In this document: one piece after another, positions 1 through 12,087 of the stretch
Numbering within the stretch: position 1 is the stretch's first letter
Layout of the letters: each line of letters begins with the position of its first letter
Source of the DNA: Eledone cirrhosa
Lineage: Eukaryota
DNA length: 64,000 nt
Direction: 5' to 3'
Assembly (NCBI GenBank): GCA_964016885.1
Contig: OZ024740.1
Coordinates: forward strand, 237,894,001-237,958,000
Position numbers and translations under genes: made by a program
Notes under the pieces: generated by a model
The model's database searches: none
Told to the model about the DNA's origin: nothing
What the model saw: only the letters and a program-made list of their open reading frames with translations

Positions 1-101
1 AGTGATTTTTGAATGCATCTCTTCTTTTCATGATATCCGGATTACATTGAGTTCTTCATACGGATTGGACACTACCGTAAACTCTTGGTAGATTTATCTA
101 C

Positions 102-143
<42 letters not shown>

Positions 144-433
144 ATACACACAAAATGAGAAAGAGACACATACACCCAGTGATCTGAGTGCTTCAAACAA
201 AACAAAGCCTGAGAATGTAGAAAGGTTTGTTTGTGAAAGAAGTTGTAATGCTACTTCTGAGCTTGACATAAGAAAAATGTACGAGACTTCTTTGACAGCC
301 AGGATTCCAAGCATAAGTGTGGTGAATCATAAAAAAAAAACAGTTCCAAATTTATGTACTGCTGGAGTTTGAGACCTGGTTGATCAAAGAGTGTTAGAAT
401 TCAGTGCTTAGTTGCTTGCATGAGTGTTGTATT

Positions 434-670
434 CATCATCATCATCATCATCATTGTTTAACGTCCATTTTCCATTCTAGCATGGGTTAGACAAGTCATC
501 CCATTTTAGGTAAGTTGGGTCAGGTGACCATGTCTTACTCGTATAGGACTGTTTCTGGCTAGGTTTCTATGGCTGGAGACCCTTCCTAACACCAACCACT
601 TTACAGTGTGTGCTGGGTGCATTTGCCATGACTCCTACACAACCACTTTAAAGTGTGGGCTGACACCTAC
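434..670 (-). mobile_element. RTE-tail-derived short repeat (SINE/RTE 3' end) with (GAT)n tail
   Basis: On the minus strand: GTGTTAGGAAGGGTCTCCAGCC...CCCATGCTAGAATGGAAAATGGACGTTAAAC followed by (GAT)n. The same motifs occur at the RTE 3' ends at 37900-37960, 38170-38350 and 40530-40815. Confidence 0.6.
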
Positions 671-866
671 AGGGCAGTGGATTGGAAGAATCGATAGAGC
701 GTTGGACACCATGCTTTGCAGCATAGAGTTTTGGCCTTTTATGTTCTGAGTTCAAATCCTGCCAAGGTTAGCTTTGCCTTTCATCCTTACGGAGTCGATA
801 AAATAAAGTACCAGTAATGCACTGAATGATTGCTGGTCTTGTGCCAAAAGTAGAAACAATTATTAT
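671..866 (+). mobile_element. tRNA-derived SINE copy 1
   Basis: Pol III A-box-like start (GTGGATTGG), B-box GAGTTCAAATCC, conserved body GCCTTTCATCCTTACGGAGTCGATAAAATAAAGTACCAG, (ATT)n tail. Near-identical copies elsewhere in the window. Confidence 0.85.
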
Positions 867-1299
867 TATCAAATAGGTACTAGTGTGTTATTAGTGCAAT
901 GTCAATAGTACAGTAATTTCTATGATGAAACAATAGTTTGGAAGACATCGTAATAACTCACTCATGCATAATAGAGACTATTATAGAGATTTAACATAAG
1001 ACTGTCTGCTTCATACAAACATCACATCACATACAGATATAACCAGATCCAGATTGATCTAGTACAATATTTATTGACATGTAGTTAGGTAAATCAATTG
1101 AGGGACACTAGTCAAAGACAGAACTACATTGATCTAGTATCTATTCCTTGACAGTTAAGTTCATTGTGGTTGAAGGTTGAATAACATTGTGCTTGTACAT
1201 ATTCCTTGAACATTAAACAGATTGACTAAAGAGTTGTTGTCTGTAACAAAAAATATAAAATGTAAAAAGAGATTCATCCAGTACTGATTCCCGACAAGA

Positions 1300-1620
1300 A
1301 TATCAGCAGAGTCTCATTTTAATTTTGCAGTGTTGAGACTCTTAGGAGATTATTACCAAGTGATTTTCTTTTTGATGATCATGGCAAGTTTGGATATCAC
1401 TAATTTATGATAAGTCAAACATTCTGCTCCATACGTGGCCCTAGTTTCCAGAAAATCTTGTCTACCTGTCTGCCATAAGATGATATAGTCAAACATGTAT
1501 CAGTTTTTAGATCTAGGATGCATCCATGTAGACTTGTTGTGGTCATCTGCAAGGCAGAATATAGTATTCATAATCAAAAGCCCATGTTCACTGCAGGCTT
1601 TGAGGACAGCTGATAGCTTG
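1300..1620 (-). pseudogene. Degraded RTE/BovB-like LINE APE endonuclease fragment
   Basis: Translation LKACSEHGLLIMNTIFCL...KSTWMHPRSKN*YMFDYII matches the C-terminal TWxHPRS/IDYI motifs of RTE endonucleases; contains stops. Confidence 0.7.
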
Positions 1621-2334
1621 GTGAAGTAATTGAAGAACTGTGTCTCAGGTTTAATTAAATTGCTTATGTTTACTATTCCTAACAACCAATCAAACTGATT
1701 GGTGGACTTTGGTCCCCGATTGGATTAGATTTATAAAGCATTTATGACTAATGGTTAGAAACTGTGCCCTGAAACAGCTATAGCAACTGCAGAATTTCAC
1801 AGTGGAGTGTCTTGTCCAGAAATACAAAAAGTACCTATAGCAGATTTAAACTCACAAACCTCTGAGTAGAGAATCCACATCTTTATCCACTTAGCTACCA
1901 TGAAACAGATACAAATATCATTAGTGATAATTACCCAATAACAAACATCTTAATCGATAAATACTTTATTTTGATTTACAACCCAAATTAATTTTTATTT
2001 TTACCTCAATTAAATTTATTTTTATTTTAATACATTTTTAATTCAATTAAATATTTTTGGGGATTATATAGAGATATGTGTAGTATTAGGTTTTATCTCA
2101 AGTATCAGAAACAATAACAGTTGCATCAAGATTAGAATACATATAAAAATTAAAGCAAGATAATGACATACTGTGATATGACAGGAACATAATAATATAA
2201 TTTCATTGACAAATATAAATATATTTCACAATTTCAATAAAATTTGACAGAGTCCATCCCTCTCCAGGACTGAACACAGCCAATTTCTTTCAGAGAGAGG
2301 TGGATGGGGAGGGGGAGGGGGGAGCAGAGAGCGA

Positions 2335-2470
2335 GATAGTATCAACGCCAGTACTGAACTAATACTTTATTTTATTGATTCTGAAAGAATGAAAAGCAAA
2401 GTTGACCATGCCATTATTTGATCTAAGAGCATAAAGAACTGACATGTATACTGCAAGGCATTTTATCCAT
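2335..2470 (-). mobile_element. Older diverged SINE related to the tRNA-SINE family
   Basis: Reverse complement gives ...GTCAACTTTGCTTTTCATTCTTTCAGAATCAATAAAATAAAGTATTAG, a degenerate version of the SINE body. Confidence 0.55.
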
Positions 2471-2699
2471 GGTTCTGGTAGTTCTTAGCTAAATATGGAA
2501 CAAAATATATCACATTCATACTGTCACACTGCAGCCCATATGGTTAACCATTGCATGCTGGAATGTGCAGAATATGATTTATGGTTTTTAGTAAGAGAAA
2601 GATATTATAAGCCTGGAACAACCGATCTATAGATCAGTCAACTGGTTACCTACCTATCTGACTTGCTCAGACCTGACCTGACACATATAAAACATCAAC

Positions 2700-3605
2700 A
2701 ATACTACACTATACTCTACTGAACTACATTACATTATATTCCTCTGCACTATACTACATTATACTACACTGCACTTCACTATATTACACTACTATACTCC
2801 ACTATTATACACAAGGGCGGTGGATTGGCAGTATCGGTGGAGGGTCGGACGCCATGCTTTCCAGCATAGTTACGTCTCTTTACGAACTGAGTTCAAATCC
2901 CGCCGAGGTTGACTTTGCCTTTCATCCTTACGGGGTCGATAAAATAAAGTACCAGTAATGCACTGGGTAATTGCAGGCCTTGTGCCTAAAGTAGAAACAA
3001 CTATTATACACTATGATGACATGATGGCTGCATCCTGCTTTCGAGAATTGCCATCACCTGATAATTTTCTCATGCATGGGTAGCACAAACATGGCGTTTT
3101 AACAGTACTAACAACGTACAGTAAAAGAAAAAAGTCCCCTTTGTCTATGGCCAACCATGCTCATGCAACACATGTGTAAAATGTTTAGATCGAGTGATGC
3201 CTGTGCTTGAACTGCTTTAAGTGAAGCAAGGCTTTGCACTGGACCAATCCCACTCTCTGAACAACAGTGACCAATATCCAAAAAGAAGAACAGGTCAACA
3301 TCATTGGCTGCCATCGAGTCACAGGTTTCCTTCTCCTAGAATGATGTCCTAACACTACACTACACAATATTACACTACACTAAACTATATTATGCTACAC
3401 TACAATATACAATATTGCACAACACTACATTACCCTTCCCTAGATATCATCACACTACACAACACTATGTTACATTACACAACACTATACAACATTACAC
3501 TATATTACACTACACTACACTATATAGCATTATACTATATTACACAAGACTACACTATCACATTACACAACACTATACAATGATACAACACTTCATATTA
3601 CACAC
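2700..3605. repeat. Degenerate (ACACT/ACTAT)n pentamer microsatellite, interrupted by a SINE and a unique block
   Basis: Runs of actacact/acattac at 2700-2812 and 3350-3605. Confidence 0.8.
2814..3005 (+). mobile_element. tRNA-derived SINE copy 2
   Basis: GGGCGGTGGATTGGCAG...GAGTTCAAATCCCGCCGAGG...GGGGTCGATAAAATAAAGTACCAG...GTAGAAACAA. Confidence 0.9.
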
Positions 3606-3639
3606 ATAAAAATTATTAACTCACAATACAGTTAAAACA

Positions 3640-4600
3640 ACAAGAGCACTGCAACAACATGACACCAACAGCAACCATCAACAACATACAACAACAGTAC
3701 ATCAATAACATCAGTTCAACATCAACAATAACACCACACCAATAATAACAACAACACATTAACAACAACACATTAACACCAACAACAACATCAATGCCAT
3801 TAACAAAAACAACAATAACAATAACAGCAACATCAATAATAATGGCAATAACAACAACAACAACAACTCATCAACAACATCACTTCAACAACAACACAAC
3901 ATCAACAACAACATATCAACAATAACAACACATCAACAACATCAGTTCAACAACAACAACAACACCACACTGATAATAACAACACAACAACAACAACAAC
4001 ATATCAACAATAACAACACATCAACAACATCAGTTCAACAACAACAACACCACCACACTGATAATAACAACACAGCATCAACAACATATCAACAATAACA
4101 ACACATCAACAACATCAGTCCAACAACAACAACAACACCACCACACTGATAATAACAACACAACAACAACAACAACATATCAACAATAACAACACATCAA
4201 CAACATCAGTTCAACAACAACAACACCACCACACTGATAATAACAACACAACATCAACAACAACATATCAACAATAACAACACATCAAGAACAATACCAC
4301 ACCAATAACAACAACACAACATCAACAACGTATCAACAATAACAACACAACAACAACAATACCACACCAATAACAACAACACAACATCAACAACAATACC
4401 ACACCAATAACAACAACACAACATCAACAGCAACACATCAACAACACCACAACACCAACAACATCAATGCCATTAACAACAATAACAACAAGAACAACAA
4501 CAGCAACACCAACAATAACCAGCATCAATAATAACGGCAGCAACAACAATTAGCTGCAGTAGCAACAACAACAATAACAATAACAGCAATAACAATAATA
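3640..4600. repeat. (AAC)n-rich compound repeat with a ~70 bp higher-order unit
   Basis: The unit CATCAACAACATCAGTTCAACAACAAC...CACCACACTGATAATAACAACAC repeats several times between ~3870 and 4260. Confidence 0.85.
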
Positions 4601-4712
4601 ATTGTTTCTACTTTAGGCACAAGGCCAGCAATTACCCAGTGCATTACTGGTACTTTATTTTATCGACCCTGTAAGGATGAAAGGCAAAGTCAACCTCGGC
4701 GGGATTTGAACG
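4600..4712 (-). mobile_element. tRNA-derived SINE, 5'-truncated
   Basis: Reverse complement of the SINE from the B-box to the tail. Confidence 0.85.
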
Positions 4713-5067
4713 CAGATCAATAATAATGGCAACAACAACAGCAACAATAACAATTACCTATAACTGTTAGATCTACAAATTAAACAGACACATTGTTTGC
4801 ATAAATTAATGGAGATATTTTATAGATATGAAACTGAATATAAAATGTTGTCAAGATTATGATAAAACATATTTAATTATATTTCATAAATCATTAATTT
4901 CACTTTAATTATATCCTATAAAAATATATGGCTATTTTAAATTGCCAAATACATTAGTCGGTACAACTTAAAATATCATGACTTCAACCAGACTTAAACA
5001 TCATCATCATCATCATCATTGCCTTCATTATCATCATCAGCATTGCCATCATCATTATCATCATCAT

Positions 5068-5253
5068 AAGTGGATTGGCAGTATTGGTAGAGTGTCGGAT
5101 GCCATGCTTTGGCGCATAGAGTTACGGCCCTTGCCATTCTGAGTTCAAATCCAAAGGTTAACTTTGCCTTTCATCCTTACGGGGTCGATAAAATAAAGTA
5201 CCAGTAATACACTGGGTAATTGCTGGCCTTGTGCCTAACGTAGAAACAATTAT
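5068..5253 (+). mobile_element. tRNA-derived SINE copy 3, inserted in (CAT)n
   Basis: Same A/B boxes and body; flanked by (CAT)n. Confidence 0.85.
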
Positions 5254-6417
5254 CATCATCATAATTATCATCATCATTGTAATCATCCTCATCATCATCA
5301 TCATCATCATCACATGTTATCTATATATACACACATATATAGAATATTTGCTTCTTAGCTAAAAAAAGAACAATACATTCCTCATTTTTATGTCAACTCA
5401 GTGGAATTGAGCTAACTAGAGAGCCTACATGTAGTTGCTCAACCTGCTCAAAACAGCAGCAAAATCTCCTTCATAATCTCCATCATCATAAAAGAGGAAG
5501 GAACATTGGTTAATGTAGACCTAAATGTTTTATGTCTGAAAATAAAAGACAAAATGATTACAGCTGCCAGATCTTTCTCAAATTACTGCCCCATCATCTT
5601 AAAAAGGAAAGACACATTGAATAATGGATTCAATGTGTCTTTCAAACATTAGGATAGTAACAGCTGGAATGTCTTTGATCATAGATTTGCTTCATCAGGG
5701 TTGATCTGGGGTTCAATGATAATAAGGACCAGAGTAGCCAAATCTCTCTCAAATTACTCCTAAATATGCTATATCAAAAATAGGAGAAAAAAAGCCAGCA
5801 TGGTCATGACTGAAATGTCTTTGATCATAATTTTGATGAAATTGGATTCAATTGGAACTAATCAACACTGACAAGTTTAGAAGATTGAAATTAAAGACCT
5901 TGGGTAATCCTTTTGATACCATATTGCCTGAAACCACCCTTGTTCTACAATACAAAGTGATTATAAAAAGCATTTGTTGTTGTTCTTCTCAAACCAACTT
6001 AATAATGAATTACATTACTGAATCCAACCAAATTTTTTATTATTGTTTAAAGCACAGGCAGTGTATTTCATTAGAAATATGGTAATGAAAGGGTTAAAAA
6101 ATAAAAGCAGAAGCTGATCACTAAGACAAATTATGCTCTTTACATGTTTCTTAATTTCAATCTAAAAAAGATTGAAATAGTCAGGAACACTTCCATCTAA
6201 TTTCATTTTTTATTTTTATCCGTTTATTGGTTTCAGTCATTGGACTGTGGCCATATTGAGCTTCAGCCAATCACATCAACCTTTGAGAGTTTAGCCAATC
6301 ATATCTACCCCATTTCTTATTTCAGTAGAGTACTTATTTCATCAATCTCTATTTGTCAAACTGCTAGATAACATGATATTAAAGGACACAACATAAACAA
6401 AAACAGCTTTTTTTGTG

Positions 6418-7285
6418 CTGCCACACATACGGCCTACCTGCAGCTACCTGGTCGATCCAGGGCTTTACAACCTCGCTCAGAACGCGGATATAGCCATCGG
6501 TGTTCAGCTTGAGGCCCTCAGGGAAGAAGTGAGGTGGCATGACGTCACCTTCACTGCTGACGACACCTAAGACCAGTGTTGTCACTGGAAACTTTGTCTG
6601 CATGACTCTGGGCACGTCTTTGGATGAGACAGCGAGCCACCTGTTGTTCTGGGAGTTGATCTTCTGGTCTTGGCAGAAGTTTTTCTCGTCGGAGAAAAAC
6701 CACAGCATGTCTGGCTCCAGTGGGTGTTTCAACTTGTTGATCAGCTTCTTTGCGTGCTTCAGTCGCTTTTCTTGCATCGCCTTTGACAGAAATTGTCCTT
6801 TCCTCATCTTGTATGAAACGTAGCGAATGTCTTCATGTACCACCAGCCTAATTAGCTTTTCATCCACGCCTTTCTACCTTGCAATGGCACGCATTGACTT
6901 GCTAGGTTCATTGTTGATGATATCCTGAACTTCAGCGACGAACTCGGGCGTTCTGAAGGCGTCAGATCGTCGATCATGTGATTTCTTCTCTGATGTTGCT
7001 TCGTAGTCGAATCCTGAATCTTCCAATTTTTTTCTGACCTTTTCCACCATTCTCCTGCTGACGCTGAGAAAGTCTGAAATTTGTCCTCCTGGCGCGGATT
7101 CCAAGAAGAATTCCGTGTCTCTTCCACAAATTTGGAGGTTCAAAACTATACATAATCAATTATTCTGAAAATAAATAATGGAAATATAGTCACTGTTTTT
7201 ATGAAGACAAGAGTGGCAACGGAATTAAAAAAATTTGCATAAAATTAGCAGTTGAAAATTGCGAACAAATATCGTCCACACCCTG
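6418..7285 (-). mobile_element. Tc1/mariner (maT/DD37D-like) DNA transposon, 3'-truncated, frameshifted transposase
   Basis: Left end TA|CAGGGTGTGGACG at 7285-7287. HTH region in ORF 6874-7143, then FFSDEKNF...NSQNNRW...VMQTKFP...GVVSSEGDVMPPHFF...VKPWI...PYVWQ in ORF 6379-6867. Breaks off just before the second catalytic Asp. Confidence 0.85.
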
Positions 7286-7385
7286 TATGTACATATATAT
7301 ATATATAACGAAGGGAGTGTGGTAAGGAACCAGGTGGACCATAACGCACCAGAGTACTCAATACTTAGGGCAGTAGAGTGGGTAA

Positions 7386-7517
7386 TAGGAAATGTTCAAG
7401 ACCCCGACGGCAGAGCTCAAGCTGTTTCGACGGCTCTTTCTGGACTCCAGAAATTTCTTGAGTCCAGAAATAGCCGTCGAAACGGCTTAAGCTCCACCAT
7501 CGGAGTCTTGAACATTT
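7386..7517. repeat. ~130 bp near-perfect hairpin made from a PLE-tail terminus
   Basis: AATGTTCAAGACCCCGACGG...TTTCTGGACTC / GAGTCCAGAAA...CCATCGGAGTCTTGAACATT. The arm resembles 25788-25835. Confidence 0.85.
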
Positions 7518-7565
7518 TCTTATATATATATATTACACAAGTATCAAAGTTATGTTCAAATCATT

Positions 7566-7619
7566 TAATCGCTGACAATTGTTTCTTCCAAACTTTAGTT
7601 TGGAGTCATCGGAGCATTA
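7566..7619 (-). ncRNA. Minimal type I hammerhead ribozyme (CCGAUGA variant) in the PLE-A pLTR
   Basis: taatgct-CCGATGA-c-TCCAAAC taaa GTTTGGA-a-GAAAC aatt GTC-agcgatta. Stem III is palindromic. A mutated sense copy lies at ~11730-11783. Confidence 0.7.
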
Positions 7620-8113
7620 TCAATGTTTGTACATATAATTAACCTCCTATTCAACTGAAGAATCATATAGATACATATATATTGATGTTGTGAACAACAG
7701 TTTAGTATATATAGGGTGTAATGGATGCGACATATATTATACGAGAATTGTACAATAATCCAAATTAAGATTAAAATTAAAATTAAAAGCACAGAGTGGA
7801 ATACATGCAACAGATAATACAATAGAATAGTCTAATAATTAAAGAGGCGATAACTCCAAACTAAAGTTTGGAAGAAACAATTGTCAGCGATTAAATGATT
7901 TGAACATAACTTTGATACTTGTGTAATTTATACTTGCTCTGTAAAACACCTGATGTTCTTACATTGAGCTATTTCTCTTACTGGTAATAAGGTAGTAATA
8001 AATTACTGGCCTTTCGTGTTTATAGTTATTTATAGTATAGTATATACATAACTATAAATAGTATCTTTATTATTATTATTAACTGTTGAGCTAACATACA
8101 TTAAATTACCAGT

Positions 8114-10538
8114 ATGCTAATCAAAGACTACCTTCCTATGTCTACTAAGAACATACCAATACCATCTAAAGATACATATGAAAAATTATTGATCAATAGT
8201 GTCAACTCCTTTATCAATAGAGTGAGATGGAGGACATTCCGTTATGATAGAAACAGATCTAACAAAAACAGGGATACTAACCATTTTGACTCTTTCGGCT
8301 TTAAAACTTTTAAAAGCCCTCCTCACAACACCTTATTAAACTCTTTTGAAAATGACCTAATAAAAATAGTTAAGAACATTAAGTACATAAAGCATCGTAA
8401 TAGAAACAACATCTTCTTAAACAACCTTAACTCCACTATTAAAGGATTTAATTTAAAAAAAAAATTATAGTACATGCAGATAAAACTAATAAAATATATA
8501 GTTTGGATTATGATACATCTAGAAAATTTATATATAAAGAACTACATAGGAGCTATAAGAAAACTACTATTAAAAATTTAGAAGATATAAATATAGAAGG
8601 CCGTAGTATAGTGTGTAAATTAGGACTTCAGAGACATACACAGCCATACACCCCTAACCCCCCGAGATTCTCCCTGAAGGACCATAAAGAAGACTTCATT
8701 AGTAACCCTTCGATAAGACTAATCTGCACTTCCAAATCTGACATTGGTATTATCAGCAAGAAAATATTAGATAAAATCATCCCACAATTTAAGCACAAAA
8801 TATACCTTAACCAATGGGGAAATACGGGTGAGGTTATTGAATGGTTTAAGGATATTAAAGAGAATAAAATAAAAAAATTTATACAATTTGATATCAATTC
8901 ATACTATACCTCTATTTCCCCTATCCTATTAAATAAGGCACTAATTATGGCCATGAACAATAGTGACCTGACTAGATCCCAAATTGATGTCATACTTGCG
9001 GCCCGAAAAACCATAATTACATTTGAAGATCAATTATGGACCCGCAAGGATAGGCATAACAACTTTGACATAACTATGGGATCCAGTGACTCGGCGCAGG
9101 TCACTGATTTGGTGGGCCTATATCTACTAAATGAAATTCATAAGAACCTACCCTACCTCAATGTGGTCTATACCGCGATGATGCACTACTTCTTATAGAC
9201 TATAAAACATTTAATATAGAAAAAACTAGGAAACTATTACATAAAATTTTCAAAAACTTCAACTTAAGTATCACCTTAGATAAAAACACTAAAAATGTTA
9301 ACTTCCTTGATGCTACCCTTTACCTAGACTCTAAAATATATACACCCTTTCATAAACCTAACGAAAAACTAATTATGTGGATACCAAGTCTAACCACCCT
9401 AAATCCATATTAAACTCAATTACTAAAGGAATATCTAATAGAATCTCTAATCTATCATATAACGAAACCATATTTAACAATAATTCCCAATACTATAATC
9501 AGGCATTAGCTAAATCAGGCCATAAAAATGGGATTGAATTCCTACCTATAAAATCACATAATTACAGCATTATTTCTCACAATGTGGCCATGAGGAAAAA
9601 TGATAAGAGTACTAGCCGGGTAATATCAAACTTAACTCGCACCAAAGTAAACACCACAATAATATTATAAACAGAAATACTTCAATACAAAAAACAAAAA
9701 TAGAAGAAGAACTAATACATTCTTCAATCCCCCTTTCAATCTAAACGTCTCTACCAACTTACCTAATGCTTTCTTCTCAATCCTAGAAAAAAACTTCCCA
9801 TCTGGCCACAAATACCATAATTTTATAAATAAAAACACCATTAAAATCTCTTACTCTACCACACCTAACATAGCATACCATATAGTTAGTAGTAATAAAA
9901 GGAAGATTAATACTTATTTCCAACTAACTAAAACATAGCAGGAGGTACACTTACAGAACAATATAATAACTTCAAACCCTAGTAGCAATAGTAATAACAC
10001 TAATGAAATCGATAACAATAGGAACGACAACCATCATTACCCTAAAGCTATTCATAGCAACCAGACTTCCTCCCAACATAATAACCGGCAAGATAACATC
10101 CAAAATAATTGTAACTATAGATCAAATAGAACTTGCCCATTAGGTAATAATTGCTTAATCAAAGACATCATTTACTCCTGCACGGTCAACACAAACAACT
10201 CTTCTAAAACATATATTGGCTCTACTTCGAACTGCTTCAAGACGAGATACAACTCGCACCTCGACTCTTTCAAAAAACACAATCTAGCCAACTCCACTTC
10301 ACTATCTAGCTACATACACTCTCTGAAAACTAGGAATAGAACATATACACTTCAATGAGAAGTAGTTGGTAGGGCTACATCGTATAAACCACCGAATAAA
10401 TTGTGTAACCTCTGTCTTCTAGAGACCGATACTATAATCTTTTCGAAACTAAACCTCCTAAATAAAAAGTCAGAGGTGTTTTCCTCATGCCAGCACCACT
10501 ACCGACACTCATTCCATAGCTTTAAACCTAGCCGCTAG
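8114..10538 (+). pseudogene. PLE reverse transcriptase / GIY-YIG endonuclease ORF, frameshifted
   Basis: KDHKEDFISNPSIRLI, FIQFDINSYY, FDITMGSSDSAQVTDLVGLY, YRDD (in the shifted frame), SNHPKSI, C-terminal CPL..C..IYSC..YIGST..CNLCL..LNKKSE..CQH. Confidence 0.9.
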
Positions 10539-11955
10539 TATATAACAATGTCAGATTTGAATTCATCACCACCATTAACACTTCACCTCTAAGACTTTTC
10601 TTCCCCCACAGCATCACACTCTTTGATCTGCTCTTTCCTCTACACAAATCCTATTTATCTATAACATTATACTCTAGAAATAAACATCTAGTCACCACCT
10701 TATAATATAAATACTTTAGAGTACTTATAATATATACAGTAATTGAAATATAATATAATATGTATAGACATTAAATGTAATATGTGACAATGAATTATAT
10801 ATACATTTATATTTAAATGTATAAATTAATAACATTGTATATAAAGGATTAATTTATTAACATAAGGGATTTATCTAATTTAACATGTAAACAGCTATAC
10901 ATTATTCCATATCTTGCCTAATATTGGGTAGATAAAAATCTAATGAGACCTTTAATATGTTATGAGAGAGTAGACTGTATTTAAAATTAAATATAAATAT
11001 ATAACATTTTGTATAAGGGATTCAATTGTGACACTATATAATGTCTATCAGAGCAAAGAATTTAAATATTATAATGAGCTAGTTACCTCCCCTTACGCAT
11101 TAGCTCCCCTTAATTCCATATTCACTTCCGGATATTAAACCGTTAAAAAGTCTCGGTGTAGAACAACTCTAATCCATGAATATGAATACAATAGGACCAA
11201 GTTACAATCCATTACTATAACTAACTAAAATATAACTTAACATATGTAATGGATGGGAAATCAGTAACTTTCATATTCTACACATACAAATTTGAACTAT
11301 ACAGAAACTATCATCGCTTTACATCCTCCATAATACACTAACATATTCACTTAAAGTGCTTGTATTTTATGTAATACCTTGCCATACAGTACTCATATAT
11401 GCCTAATACATTTGCTTGTTTCCTTCCCATATACATGACTAACACATGTACAATCTCTACACGCTTGAATATGTACTTCTTTCTCAATGCCTCTTTAATT
11501 ATTAGACTATTCTATTGTATTATCTGTCGCATGTATTCCACTCTGTGCTTTTAATTTTAATTTTAATTTTAATTTTAATCTTAATTTGGATTATTGTACA
11601 ATTCTCGTATAATATATGTCGCATCCATTACACCCTATATATACTAAAGTGTTGTTCACAACATCAATATATATGTATCTATATGATTCTTCAGTTGAAT
11701 AGGAGGTTAATTATATGTACAAACATTGATAATTCTCCGATGACACCAAACTAAAGTTTGGAAGAAATAATTGTCAGCGATTAAATGATTTGAACATAAC
11801 TTTGATACTTGTGTAATTTATACTTGCTCTGTAAAACACCTGATGTTCTTACATTGAGCTATTTCTCTTACTTGTAATAAGGTAGTAATAAATTACTGAC
11901 CTTTCCTGTTTATAGTTATTTATAGTATAGTATATATATAACTATAAATAGTATC

Positions 11956-12015
11956 TTTATTATATATATTTCAAAGGTACTGTGTTGTTTTTTCAGTACG
12001 TTTTCATCAGATAAA
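11956..12015 (-). ncRNA. Candidate minimal hammerhead ribozyme
   Basis: tttat-CTGATGA-aaacGTACTG..CAGTACcttt-GAAA-tatata-TA-ataaa; related to the 21365-21417 motif. Confidence 0.5.
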
Positions 12016-12030
12016 ATATATAAAATATAT

Positions 12031-12083
<53 letters not shown>

Positions 12084-12087
<4 letters not shown>

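Larger units (their letters stand above)
7533..11964 (+). mobile_element. Penelope-like retroelement A (Naiad-like), near full length, with inverted plus direct pseudo-LTRs
   Basis: 7533-7848 is an inverted copy of 11489-11816. 7848-8070 is a direct copy of ~11737-11964. An RT plus GIY-YIG ORF lies between them; flanked by (TA)n. Confidence 0.9.

Noticed and set aside
2814-2905. tRNA gene
   Set aside because: A/B boxes belong to a multi-copy SINE head; no complete cloverleaf.
3870-4430. Regularly spaced repeats resembling a CRISPR array
   Set aside because: Low-complexity (AAC)n higher-order repeat with no unique spacers and no cas genes; eukaryotic context.
10355-10362. In-frame TGA in the Naiad-like PLE-A as selenocysteine (some Naiad PLEs encode Sec)
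   Set aside because: It aligns to Trp (TLTW in PLE-B), not Cys, so it is a TGG>TGA decay mutation in an already frameshifted copy.
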